A DNA stretch of 62,924 nt, the filler included, from Pelomyxa schiedti (taxonomy: Eukaryota; Protista; Evosea): the NCBI GenBank assembly GCA_020536535.1. It is 9 parts of 9 records of this genome, joined end to end, with 100 filler letters (N's around TTAATTAATTAA, not from the genome) between each part and the next. Parts side by side here need not be neighbours in the genome. Positions count along the whole stretch, not along the records: positions 40,949 to 60,562 come from JAHLWZ010001105.1; positions 60,663 to 62,924 come from JAHLWZ010002050.1; 7 more parts are not named here. The stretch is one strand, 5' to 3'. The position numbers and the translations under genes are program-made. Below are positions 48,805 through 61,264 of this stretch, piece by piece (position 1 is the first letter of the stretch; each line of letters opens with the position of its first letter). The notes beneath the pieces were generated by a model. It did no database searches and was not told where the DNA came from. It saw nothing but the letters and a program-made list of their open reading frames with translations.

Positions 48805-51800
48805 ATGGCTAGTAACAAGACTGCAGCGGCTACGACAACTACGGCGAGTTCGACGACAACGGCACCCACACGCAGTACCGCCGAAACTTCGGCCGCAACG
48901 TCCGCTGCGAAAAAGCCGACTGATTCGGTGTGCCAATACGCGTATTACTTTTTTTTTTTGTTGTTTTTGTTTTCTTTCTTCAAGCTGTTTGGTGTATGCG
49001 GTTTTGAGTGTGGGTGAGAGTTTTTCGTTTTGGGAAGGATGCTCATTTTGTGTGCAGACACCAATGTGGAAGAAAGTCATGAAGCAGGAAGGTGTCGATG
49101 ATATGACAATGTTGGCAAAAGTCACCCACGAACAAATCGTGGAAAATTTAAAACGACGGTACATCAGTGACATCATCTATGTGCGTAAAATAACCCCTTT
49201 GGAGTGTTTTTCCTGGTTTTGACACTCCTTATCAGACAACAATTGGTGATGTGTTAGTTAGTGTCAATCCTTACAAAACTCTTCCGATTTATAATACTAC
49301 GATAGCGCATGAATACCATGGCAAGAGTACATACGAACTGCCGCCACATGTGTGCCCTTTCAATACCTTTATCATCCTATTTTAATTTGGTGGCCTCTAG
49401 ATTTTCACGATAGCAGAATCTGCCTACAATAATCTCAAAGTTCACAATGAAAGCCAATGTGTTCTCATAACGTAATGTCCTCAGGTTTCCAGAAACTTCC
49501 TCAGGAAATAATACAGGGGTGAAAGTGGTTCTGGTAAAACTGAGTCCGCGAAGTTTGTGTTACAATATCTGGCTGATATTACTGGTGCAGCAAATGAACA
49601 CATTCACAATATTAAGAAAGTTCTCTTGGATTCTAACCCTCTGTTGGAAGCCTTTGGTAATTTCTCCCTTTCCTGTGAATCTTATTTACAGACAATAGGT
49701 AACGCCAAAACACTGCACAACAATAATTCCTCCAGATTTGTGAGTCTACCTTACTTAGTTTCAGAAATACTCAATAGTGACCCAAAAAACGTAGGGAAAA
49801 TACTTTGAAGTTTCATTTGAAAATGCACAACCTGCTGGTGGCCGTGTTGTTACATGTATTTCCCGTTCTTTGGGTATTTGCAGTACTCTAATGCATCCTA
49901 GATTTACTTGAAAAAGTAGTATCCTTTTTACTTTTATGACTTCGTAAAATTTTCACAGTCAAGAGTCGTGAAACAAATCACTGGGGAAAGAAGTTTTCAT
50001 TTCTTCTATCAATTATGTGCTGGTGCCCCTGACGACCTTAGGAGTATGCAAGCAGTCATCAGAAACAAAAATGATAATGATAAAAATAAAGAGGACTTCA
50101 GCATACAAACGGCTACTAGCTACAAGTATCTGTCGAACGGGGATTGCATTGAAGTACCTGGATTGGATGACAAGGCTGGTTATGAAAACACTGTAGTAAG
50201 TTTTATCCTCGCCTTGATCCTGTCTCAAGGGACTAGACAGCAATGAAAAGCATGGGCATCACCGATGAAGAATACAGAAATATTGTTCAACTTGTTTCAT
50301 CAATTTTGTGGCTTGGAAATCTTGAACTGGAGGAAGGAGAGGAAGGGTGCAGAATAAAAGACTCCTCTGGTGTGCACTCCTCTCTCGGTTCTCTCCCTTC
50401 ATAAACCTTTTGCAGTTCCCGTTCTTGAGAAAATTTCCACTCTTTTACAAGTGCCAAAGCAATTTCTTAGTGCTTCCCTTACCTTCAAGCTCATGGAAAC
50501 GAGCCATGGTGCCCACAGAGGAACCACATATAGTATTCCACTTCACTTGGCACAAGTAAATACTACTACAAACTGTAGAGAAAGGGATTTTTTATTCACC
50601 TTTTCACAGGGAATTTCTGGTCGTGATGGCCTTGCCAAAGCAATATACTCTGCACTTTTTGACTGGCTTGTTGCCCGAGTCAACAAGGCTCTCACAACCA
50701 CGTCAAAAGGGCCAGTAATAGGAATTTTAGACATTTATGGATTTGAAGTCTTTCCTGTGAGTTTCTACATCATTCCTTTTCTTTTTTCCCCACGTTCCTC
50801 TCTGACTTTCCTGAGTAGACAAACTTGTTTGAGCAACTCTGTATTAATTATGTGAATGAAAAAGTATGTTTTCAGTCAATAACCATTTATTCATGATCTT
50901 CACAAGTTGCAACACATATTCATAAATTTTACACTCTTCCGAGAGCAAGAAGAATACAAGCAGGAGGGAATTAGATGGTTTTCATTCCAACACATACATC
51001 CAAGTGACAAACCTTCAGGAATGATGTGGAATATTTTGATAACAAGGCTGTATGTGAGCTCATAGAAGGAAAGGTAGCCCATAGTCTCACCAAAGTTTGC
51101 TTATTTCAGTAGAGAGGGATTTTTTCTGTACTTGATGATGTTTGTAAAACTTCACAAGTCGAAGACACGAGCTCCAATCAAGCAGTTGTACAGGTTTGTT
51201 CTCATATCAACATATGTTGTCTTCCAACTTGTCCTCTTAGGGGCTCCAAGGGTCTTGCAGTGGAAACAAATACTTTGACCTCCGAACAACCAACTTTTTG
51301 ATAAGGCACTACGCGGGATCAGTATTCCTCTTCCCTTTTACTTCCAATTCCAACATACTTCTAGGTTAATTATAGCACCACTGGAATGGCTGAGACAAAT
51401 AAGGATACCCTAGTCAGAGACCTTTTTGAAGTGGTTCAGACATCAACTAATCAGTTATAATCACCACAAAACTCACTGTTCCTCACTATCATTCAGGTAT
51501 CTCCTAGAATTGTTCCCTTACGACGCAGTAAATGACAAAAAATTATCTAGAACAGCTGCACAAAAAATAAAAGTATCCCTTTCCGTTTTGGCTCCTTTTT
51601 TAAGGAAAAACCCCAAGGCTTCTTGCGCTGACCTTGTGAAAGTACTATCAGCGTGCTCTCCTCATTACGTCCGTTGCCTTAAGCCCAATGATAACAAACT
51701 ACCAGATGAATACAATTCATCTATCATATCTACACAGACAAAGTGTGTCATTTCCCTTTTAAAACTTGCAAACACCCAAAAGATACCTTGGGTTATTGGA

Positions 51801-54146
51801 CAACCTAAAAGTTAGACGAGCTGGCTATGCTTACCGAGCTCCCTACTCTAGATTTCTGGAACGGTGAGTTCTCTTTATTTGTAGTTCCATTCACATGTTG
51901 CATGGCCACCAGCTATTATTTATGCTGTCCACAAATGTGTAAAAATGCCAAGATTGCTTGGACTGGAGATGCGAAGTCAGGCTGCAAAACCATTATGACA
52001 GAGTGTGGGATAACCACCAGTGAATATGCTTTGGGGCACACTAAGATCTTTGTCCAAAGTCCTGAAACGGTATCTCCCGCAGCGTTTACATAATTCTGAC
52101 GGTTTGTAAGATAACGGAAATGGATACTCTGAGGGAACACTTTTGGAGAAATATGGCATTTAGGTATAATGCGGTGACATTTTCCTACTCCTTGACTGTT
52201 GACAGAGTCGTTCAGTTTTCAAGAAATTACAATAAATTTCTGGAGAGCAGTGCCACGGCCATTCAAAAAGCCTACAGGTACAACACTTAGGTTGTCATTA
52301 CCCAAAAATTCTGAACAATAAAACAACCAAAATTCAATTAGTGAATGGAAAGAATATGCACCGTTTCTCATTTTTCGATTACAGTCTGAAGCACTATTTA
52401 AGAATAAAAAAGAGAGAAAAAGGATGAGTATGATAAGGTTACAAGAGCTCCCGTTTTGTCAATAACTAAACAAAAAAAAAGTTTCCGTCAATACTATGGG
52501 GACTACCTGGATATCAATACCAATGAAGCTCTTAAAACTCTTTTGTTCAAACACTATCCCCGTATCTTCCTGAAAATCATGCCCCGTTGTATTAAGTATT
52601 CCTTCAGATCCCCAAGCGGTGGTGTTTTCCAGCAAATGCTCTGTTGTTGCACACAACGGGATTTTGCATGAGGCTGTGCTATCTCCAAGAATGATAATTT
52701 TGACAAAGAAGGTTTTCAATATCCAAGTTCCACTACAATTAATAACTTTTCGCTAGTTTTTGTACCTGATAAAAGTAACACGAGAAAAAAATCTTATTGA
52801 ACACAAACAAGATCGTGTCATTCTCCTTTCACAACTGAGGTTTTGTTGATTTGTTGAAAATGTCGGTTCATTATGTTCAGACTTGTTTCCCTGAGTCCTC
52901 TTGCTGATCCTTTCATTGTAATAACTGTTCCTAATGATTATGACTGTGTCTTGTGCTGTGATTTCAACACAGAGCTTGCCTCGCACCTTTATCAAATTTC
53001 TGGGTCACCACTCTGCTTCTCTGAGAAGTACCCACCCTGTTGAATCCAACCTTTTTTTCTAACAACTGTTAGAATTGAATATAAAAGGAAAGGAGGCTCC
53101 AAAGCAGTTCTATCATTTGAAAGATTGGACTCTCCAATAGATCAACCATATCTTTTCAAGAAAGGTACAGTGAGTGTTCCTACTGGATTGCCAGCCGACA
53201 GTGGTAAGTTTGTTAGTACTTCCAATGGTCCTAACAAAACAAAGTACCTCTCGATGCTTCTCAAGAAGAGCAAAACAAGACTGGGAAAGTTGATGAAGCA
53301 GCCGATGCACTACAGGATGAGTCTTCCTCCTCTTCTTCTGAAGACTCAGACAACGACAGAGCCGATAACGGCGCCTCCACACCAACAAGACCCTCTCTAA
53401 CGGCATCAGAGAGGGAGGAATCACCCATTATTTCCCACACATCAACACAAAGGCACCACAACCGGCACCACCGCCACCAGCACCATCACCGCCACCATCA
53501 CCACCAGCAGCGCCACCACGGCCACCACAGCTCCACCGCGGCCGCGGACCCATCACCCCCACCCCCGCCTTTCCCCCCTCCTTCCACAGCAACAGTCACG
53601 ATAACACCCAGCTCCCCGGTTCTCTCCTCGTCCCCAGTCCAAACCTCACACACACCGGCACACATAGCAGCACACCCAGTAGCACACAACAAAACGCCTT
53701 CTTCCGACAGCAACAGCAACAGCACACCACCCACTCAGCACCATGCCGCCTCTCCCCAAACCACATTCACACCACACCCACCATCACAACCACCCAGCTC
53801 CGCAGCTCCAGGCACGTGGCACACACAGAGAGTGCCTGGGCAGCGGCCTTCAATCCACAGTGTATTTACTCCTGAACAATCCAACACACCCACATCGTCT
53901 TCTTCCTCTGCTGCGGCTCACGGCACGGGCTCATCAAGTACACACAGCGCCAGCAACTCCGATTCAACTTCTCCATCACCCTCAGCAACAACATCATCAA
54001 GATCAAGCACTGCCACGTCGTCAAATCCACCAACGAATAGCACACCAGAACCCCCTCCCAGAGGGAAACCAGCACAAATACCAGTATCACCCACTACAGG
54101 CACGGCCTCAGTGAGGTCACGCACATACCTAAGTAGTCACCATTGA
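48805..54146 (+). CDS. Class I myosin (motor, IQ, TH1, long His/Ser/Thr/Pro tail, no SH3 seen)
   Basis: [63 protein letters not shown], and TH1-start YYGDYL. Confidence 0.93.
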
Positions 54147-54603
54147 GCCACCTGAGGTACGTCTGTTGGCTGGTGTAACACTAAGAGATAACACAACTAG
54201 TCTTTTGTTTTTTTGTTTTCAAAGAACTTGTCTTTCTACCTCTACTATTGTGCTCGTAAAGAAAAACACAACGCCGAGGCTGGAGTCGCAGCATTGACAA
54301 AGTGCCAGCTAATGCCGGGAGACCGAACCATCAATGCCTAGTGCCGGTGTTTCCAGGGTCTCAGACAAAACATCGACCTGGGGCCTTGACGGGAGCTAGC
54401 TTGGGTATCCTTCTGTGGAAACTGGGTTCCACCGGTGGTGCGGAGTCAACACGTGGGCTCATTGTTTGTGAGTCCACACTCATGGAGGAGTAGTGGGCCC
54501 GAGCGAGTTGGATCCAACTTAGTTGTTCCTGGTAAGTGGAAATCCAAGGCGAGAACAAGAAAATACAAAAAGAAAAAAAATTAACAACCAACACTACACA
54601 CGT

Positions 54604-55942
54604 ATGAACAACCGGATAAGCGACAACGGGCAACTCGGAGGGATGTATGATGCAAATGCCAACGGCATTCATGTGGGCCTGTGGCAAATCAACTCTACTC
54701 CGCCCGAGTGGCCTTTTTCCTACGAGTTTGTGCCTCCTCCACCGCTGTTTCCCTACGACGAGGGCTCTACGTCGGGCTCTGCGTTGCAGGAGCCTATGTG
54801 CTATTCGCCGAGGAGACGTGGGCAACCCTGCGAGTACGAAATGGACGAGCGACATGGGACTGTTGTTTGCATTTACTGCGGCTCGGTGGCTCAAGGTATC
54901 GATTATTAGAAGAAATACATTGCTTTCCTGTTTCATGTTTATAACATTTCAAAGAAAACGCCGTTGACTGGGGAAAAGAGTGGCGGGACTTCGAGGGCGA
55001 GGCCTCAAAGAGTCGCCTTACAATTGAAGACCCTCTTTTACCTGAGCTGGGAACGCACGTTGGTGTTGTACACACCGCTGGAAACACTGTAAAGACGGGG
55101 CCCTCTGAGGTACTTGTGACTTTTTCTTATCTTTACACTACAGACAAACATCTATGCAGAGTCCAACAACAATGAAAACACGGGCAGCACTTAATAAACT
55201 TGGCGCATTCTGCGATGCTTTGAACGTACTTCAACGTACACAGACGGCGGCAAAAGAGCTTTTTGTGCAATATTCCTCCAAAAGCACAGGGGTGACCAAT
55301 GCCACCGACCCATTTCTTTGCGCTATTTTATATACCGCGTGTAAACGAGAAAGAACTCCTCGTACTCTCAAAGGTATAGTTGTGGTTATTGAGAATTTGC
55401 TGATAAATTCAGATATTGCTGAAGGAATTTGCGTTCCACAAGATAAGATTAGGAAGGCATATTCACAACTCTGTAAAGTCATTCCTGAGCACTCCGAAAA
55501 TTTACGTGCACACGACCTTGTGGTAGTTTCGGTACGCCATTTCCCTCAGTAAATTTAATTTTCTCAGGAATCCCTTTGCCATGCACTCGGTCTTGAGTAT
55601 GTAATTATAAAAAAAGCACAAGCAACTGTGCTTGAAATATCCTCCAAATTGGAAGGACGTAAACCTACAACAATTGCGGCAACCGCAGTTCTTGTAGCCT
55701 GCAAAAGTCCTCCAGTTAATTATACTGGGTATGGAAATTTACACATTTTACATCACAAGTGGTGTACTTTAACTCTTCTCAAAACTCAATGCGATTCATC
55801 ACCCCTGTTACCGTGAGACTAAAATCCTCCCCCTCCCCCTCCCCCTCTCCATAGCAAAGCTTTGTCTCTAACAAGCAAAACCATTGCCGCTGCGGCCAAA
55901 TTATCCCCACAGACACTTTCTAAATGCTACTCCTTACTGTAA
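54604..55942 (+). CDS. TFIIB-family transcription factor (divergent)
   Basis: GTVVCIYCGSV...VDWGKEWRDF, and two cyclin folds (AILYTACKRERTPRTLKDI; GRKPTTIAATAV). Confidence 0.85.
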
Positions 55943-56045
55943 TTTTCACCAACACAACCATTTGTTGAAAAAAACAAATGAATTCCCTTTTTCTATCTAG
56001 CTTTCTTTTTTATTGCCTTGGTAACAGAAGGGCAAAAAGTACAGT

Positions 56046-57587
56046 TTAAATCAGCTCCACGAAATTTGATGGGAAGGTGCCGCGTACGCCGTTGAGCTCT
56101 CCTTGCCACCATCCACTGGGATCATTGCGGTCCACAACCATGATGAGGTCACCTTCTTTGAACTGAAGATCACTAGGTTCCTCACTGGAATAGTCATAGA
56201 GGGCCCTGGCTTGCAGCGCTTCTCCACCGTCCAATGGCTGTTCTGGAGCGGTTTCTGTGGGTTGTGGCTCGGGTTCTGGTTCTGGTTCGGGTGCCGGTTC
56301 GGGTGCTGGCTCTGCCTCTGGTTGGGGTTCGGGCTCTGGCTCTGGTACAGGTTCTGGTTTAGGTGCTGGTTTTGCTGCGGGTGTGGACGCTGGTTTAGCT
56401 GTGGTAGTGGCGGGCTTGGCTGTTGTAGTTGCTGGAGTTGTCTTTACAGCGGTACCACGACCTGTCGAACGGGGGGGAGGAGCGGAGCTTGGAGCTAAAG
56501 GGCCGCGTAAATAAATCTAGTTCTGAAGGAAAAGACTTACTTGCTGCAGTGGCATCAGCATGTGTCTCTGTAGCTGCTCTGCGGGCCTCAACATTGGCAA
56601 AGACTTTAGCTTTCTGTAGGAGTGAGATTTCTTACACTTAAATGAAGGACCTACTTCCGCTTCTAGGCGCTGCTGCTCTGCGGTAGTTCGCTCAGCTTGT
56701 TCTCTACGGAACGCATCAGCTTGGGCCTGTCGTTCCGTGTCTTTAGCTGAAAGCCTGTGTTGAAATTTGTGAGAAAATAGAGGAGTTGGACTGGCTCACA
56801 GTTCACTTGCTTGCCCTGCAAGCCTGTCAGCATGCATAGCTCTTGACCTGGCCAGTTCCTCTTCCTTTTCTTTCTGGTGCCGTGCTACCTCCTCTTTGTG
56901 AGCCGCATCTCGTGCTGTTTGCTCTCTCCAGAACTACATTAGTTTAGTCAGAACGCAGTGTAAAATTGTCTGTAATACCGAGTCGCGGGTGTCTCGGATA
57001 GATTCAGTGGGTTTGGCAGCCGTTGACTTGGCGCGGATAAAAGTGGATGTTTTGTTAAGAGCTTTGATAATTTCTGCTTCCTTCAAGTCCTTTTCATTTC
57101 GGCCATTGATTTGAACAGCATAGTTGAAGGCATTTTTCTACAAACCAGTAAGTAAGGAAGCATAAGTGGTGAAAAAATAAAATAAAAAAACGGTGCAGGG
57201 TAATCAAAACCACCTTCAAGTAGTCATCAAAGTCAGCAGTATGACTGGCCAGGAGCCCTTTGCTTGTGCCAGGGACACCCTCTCCACAGTACGTGATGAA
57301 AACGTACTTCCACACCTCACTCATTTCGTACCTCAAGTAACCATAGAAGATCTTTTTATCCCCAGTTAGAGCCTCAAAATGCGAAACCAAAAAAAAAAAA
57401 AAGGTACCTTTGAGTCAGTGAGATCATCAATAAGCTCGTCCACATGGCCGGTGCCGGTACTGGCCAGTTTAATTTTGTTTGTGCGGGGGACGTATGTGAA
57501 CAGAGCCCAGTTTGTTTCCGTTTTGTCGTTCCTCACATCGCGTATGCTGTCCACAATGTCACCATCCGATAGATCCAAATGATTCAT
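56046..57587 (-). CDS. ABP1/drebrin-like actin-binding protein (ADF-H, coiled coil, (EP)n, SH3)
   Basis: NWALFTY..KLASTGTG, KYVFITYCGEGVP, and SH3 ARALYDY...WWQGELNGVRGTFPSNFVELI*. Confidence 0.9.
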
Positions 57588-58038
57588 TTGTTTTTCACTT
57601 CGACTGTTAGACAGGTGTCGCCTTGGGTTTTTTTTTTTGTTGTTTTTGTTTTGATTTTTAAACGGGAACGAAGCAGCACAAAGAGGAAGAGCAACAAAAA
57701 ACAAAAAAAAATCAACGCGAAGCGGGAGTTATTTTTGGCTCTTCGTCGGTGAATCGCCACAGTTGCGCCGTTGGTAGCCGTTTGTAGCACGTAGTCGTCG
57801 TACCGAGATCTCCTCGTAGTTGTCAAACAACCCCGGCGTACTTTTTTTCCCCCCCCCGCTCGCCACCAATTCAACCTAGCCGCCGCCCACTTGGACAGCA
57901 ATTTTTTTTTTTTGTGTTTGTGCGCGATTGGGTGAGAGTTTGTCTGGGAGTCACAATCGAATCACCACCATCATCGGCTTCATCACCACACATTGAGCTC
58001 ACGTCGATAGTATTGACGATATATTGGCTGGTTCTGGA

Positions 58039-59572
58039 ATGTCAATAAATTCTGACCCTGATGATGGTGCAAAAATGGAGACGGCGTCCACTGCATCGAC
58101 GCCAACCACGTCGACTACCACAAGTACTACGGCCACGGCCACGACCACGGCTACCACTACAGCCACAAGCACCCCTAAATCAGGCACTGGGAAAAAAGAT
58201 TCATCTGAACCTGCAACTGTGAATGCCAAGGAATCAAAGACCAACCCCACATTAAAAAAAATGAAAGAGAGAGGAGCAAGGGTGGTGAATTGTATGTTCA
58301 TATCATCTAATGCCTGTTCTACTGCTTTTTATAATTTTGGATCCTGCTTCCATTTGTTTTATTTGATTCTTAATTACGGCCACATTAGCCCATTATATTA
58401 TACTCTGAAAATAAGAATAATCAAGAAAAGTGCAACCTAAGTTCTAACACAAAATAAATAGTCCTTCTTGGAGACTCTTTGAAGCAACAGACTATGAAAC
58501 AATGGCAACCACTTCTTCTTCCTCTCTCTGTGATCCTCTTCTTGTTGCTTTCTGGGCTTCTTCTTGCTGCCATTGGCGTTATTTTGGTGGCCACTGACAA
58601 AGCTCAGACATACGAGGCAGAGTATGCAGAGAACTGTGGTGCTACACCAAGTTTATGCAACGTTACAATAAACGTTGAGGAGAACATGGATACACCTGTT
58701 TTTGTGTACTATAAGTTGACTTCATTCTACCAAAATCACCGGCGATATGCACTTTCACGTAGCGAAACCCAACTGGATGGGGAGGTTTGTCCACTCAACT
58801 ACTGCAATCGCTCTTCTATACATTTTGGTTTGAACTGACAAATAAAAGGTAATAGATAAACATGGGGATTTATCTGACTGTGACCCTGTAATTTCCCTTG
58901 ATGATAGGAAAACAATAGAGTTCTTTTATAAACCTTGTGGGCTTGGTGCTTGGAGCACCTTCAATGGTTTGCTGGAGGAGGCTCTCTTTGGTAGAGCTCT
59001 AATGTTCCTACAGACTCGATCAGAATGTTGGACCCGAATGGAGTGGAAGTGGTCCTAAGCTCTGATCATGTTGCCATTCCCTCTGACCGAGGCATGTTCA
59101 CACTTCCAGACAAGAAAATGCCGGGTATAGTTACTGCGGATGTTGAATCAGAACCATTTGTGGTGTGGATGAGGACCGCGGCTCTTCCCACCTTCAAGAA
59201 ACTATTTCGCCGAATAGAGTCTCCAGAAACTCTAGAAGCTGGGACATACACCCTTATTGTACAAAATAGTGAGTAGCCACCAACTCAATTGTCACACTCT
59301 CAAAATTCAATAGATTTCCCGGTGCTGTCCTTTGATGGCACGAAGTCCATTGTTATGGCCACAACAACAAGAATGGGAGGCAAGAATCCAGTACTTGGTT
59401 GGGCCTACATAGGCAGTGGGGGAGCTTCTATCCTTTGTGCATTCATTTTCCTCCTCAAACAGCTTCTATTCCCACGGTATCTCTATTTTAAACTTGTTAC
59501 TTTGTCCCTGATTCCTCTCAACAAAGAAAACTTGGAGATGAAAAGTACTTTGATTGGGCTCAATCTGATTAA
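58039..59572 (+). CDS. CDC50/LEM3 P4-ATPase beta subunit
   Basis: [58 protein letters not shown]. Confidence 0.93.
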
Positions 59573-59816
59573 AGCACCACCACACCCACGCACCAACAAA
59601 ATCTGGACTTGTACAAAAAAGACTTGTTTTTGATCACAACAAAAAGAAATCTTGATTTTTGGAGCTCCAAAAAAAATGGCCCCCGGCAGTCGAGTTGTAA
59701 AGTGATGTCGTAACGGCGAAGTGCCTTTCCTTTTTGTTGTGTGGGAAAAAAAGGGGAAAAAAAGACATTTCAACTGTAATTCCACACATCGGAACTCCTC
59801 GATTTTTCCACACGCA

Positions 59817-60562
59817 ATGGGCAACACCGTAGCAACGCCAAACAAGGAAGCCGACACAGAGGAGGAACCCTACAAGCACCCCAAGATCGTGCTCACCGAA
59901 TCCCAGCAGGAGCGTCACGACACCATGAGGGACTTTTACCTCAGTTTCGTCCGACACAGCCCCTACGACGATTCAGACAGGAAGTTGGCCGTGAAGCTCC
60001 TCAGAAACGTCATCAAGGGCGGGCGCGTGCCCTCGGTCCTCAAGTCCGCACGAGCCACCACTGGCGGCAAGGAGGAGGCAGCCTCGTGGGACTCGCCGGC
60101 CCACAACTTCAGCGCCCTGCACATGGGCGCGACGCTCGGCCGCGCGGAGGAGATGGACGCGATCCTGCGCACGTGGGCGCAGAGGCGGACCATAGTCGCG
60201 CTTCCCGAGTGGCAGGCCGTGAGCTGGCTCGTGGACGCCGTGGGGAAAAGGCACCAGCTCACGGCGCTGATGGAGGCGGCCAAGGGGGACCAACCGGCGG
60301 CGGTGGAGTGCCTCGCGGGCAAGTGGCGGGCCAACCCGCTGGTCTTCCTCGAGTTCTCGGGGGGCGAGGGCTGGGGGACGGCGCTGCACATTTGCGCGAG
60401 GCTCTCCAGGGTGGCTTGCGGGGAGGCGATACTGTCTGCGTGTGTCAGCGACGAGCATCGCGCCCAGGTCGTTGCTTATGGCGGTCCTGAGAGGCATTCT
60501 CTCGATACTGCCTTTGATGTGGCACTTGGGTCTGGGCATTTGGAGTTCGCGAAGATGTTGAC
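59817..60562 (+). CDS. Partial ankyrin-repeat protein with possible N-myristoylation site
   Basis: MGNTVA start; SALHMGA, TALMEAAK, TALHICA, TAFDVA. Truncated by the spacer. Confidence 0.75.
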
Positions 60563-60965
60563 NNNNNNNNNNNNNNNNNNNNNNNNNNNNNNNNNNNNNN
60601 NNNNNNTTAATTAATTAANNNNNNNNNNNNNNNNNNNNNNNNNNNNNNNNNNNNNNNNNNNNAGTAACTTGGGGTGCGCCGATAGGGGGCATCGGCGTGA
60701 AAAACATGAAAAAACGTCCAAATTTCGTCCCCGTTAGGCGCCCCGGCAACGAGCGGATTGTGCCGTACAACGCAAAGAGATATCAAGGCTTTGATATCGG
60801 TTTGTTCCGCTTTGACCACAAAAACAAAACTACTCAGGGGAAAAAAAAAGAAGTTCGGTAAAGGGTTGTGTGTGCCTTGTCGAGATTGAAGCAAAGCACA
60901 CCAATGAAACAAATGGACCCCAAGAGCAGAAGCAAGGCATGTGACCATGACGAAAAAAAAAAGAA

Positions 60966-61061
60966 GCTCGGTAGCCCCGGCAAGATCCGATGAAGGACCC
61001 CCTAGACTTACACATTTTGCGTGTGTTGCTCAACCTCACGGCTGAACAAGCGCGCCCGAAC
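60966..61061 (-). ncRNA. Candidate structured small RNA, copy B (96 nt)
   Basis: Closing stem GUUCGG/CCGAGC, three hairpins (one with a GUGA GNRA loop), downstream T run, and upstream ACCCATAA at about -60. Confidence 0.6.
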
Positions 61062-61120
61062 CCGATCGTCCCATCCACTTTTGCTCTATTTCTGGGTAAA
61101 AAGTTCGGCCTCCGTTGCAA

Positions 61121-61128
61121 TTATGGGT
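61121..61128 (-). promoter_or_regulatory. DUSE-like upstream element ACCCATAA
   Basis: Matches the Dictyostelium ncRNA upstream element WCCCAYAA in sequence and in spacing (about 60 nt). Present for copy B only. Confidence 0.35.
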
Positions 61129-61264
61129 TCCAAAAAAATGAAAAAAAGTCTTTGCGGGGCCGTGGTTGCAGCCACGGTGGACCTTATGCTTGGATGTTGA
61201 CATACGTAGAATCCTCCCATCTGCCCTCCTACATGGGGGGAAAAAAAAGAAAAGAAAACAAAAA

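Noticed and set aside
49916-49930. U12-type donor GTATCCTTT
   Set aside because: The conserved YLLEKSR motif requires the donor 3 nt upstream (GTAGTATCC), and no U12 branch site was seen.
54270-54540. U1-like ACTTACCAGG and several hairpins between myosin and TFIIB
   Set aside because: No U1 loop I/II or Sm site. It is more simply a plus-strand donor site, and the hairpins have no consistent strand. Unresolved.
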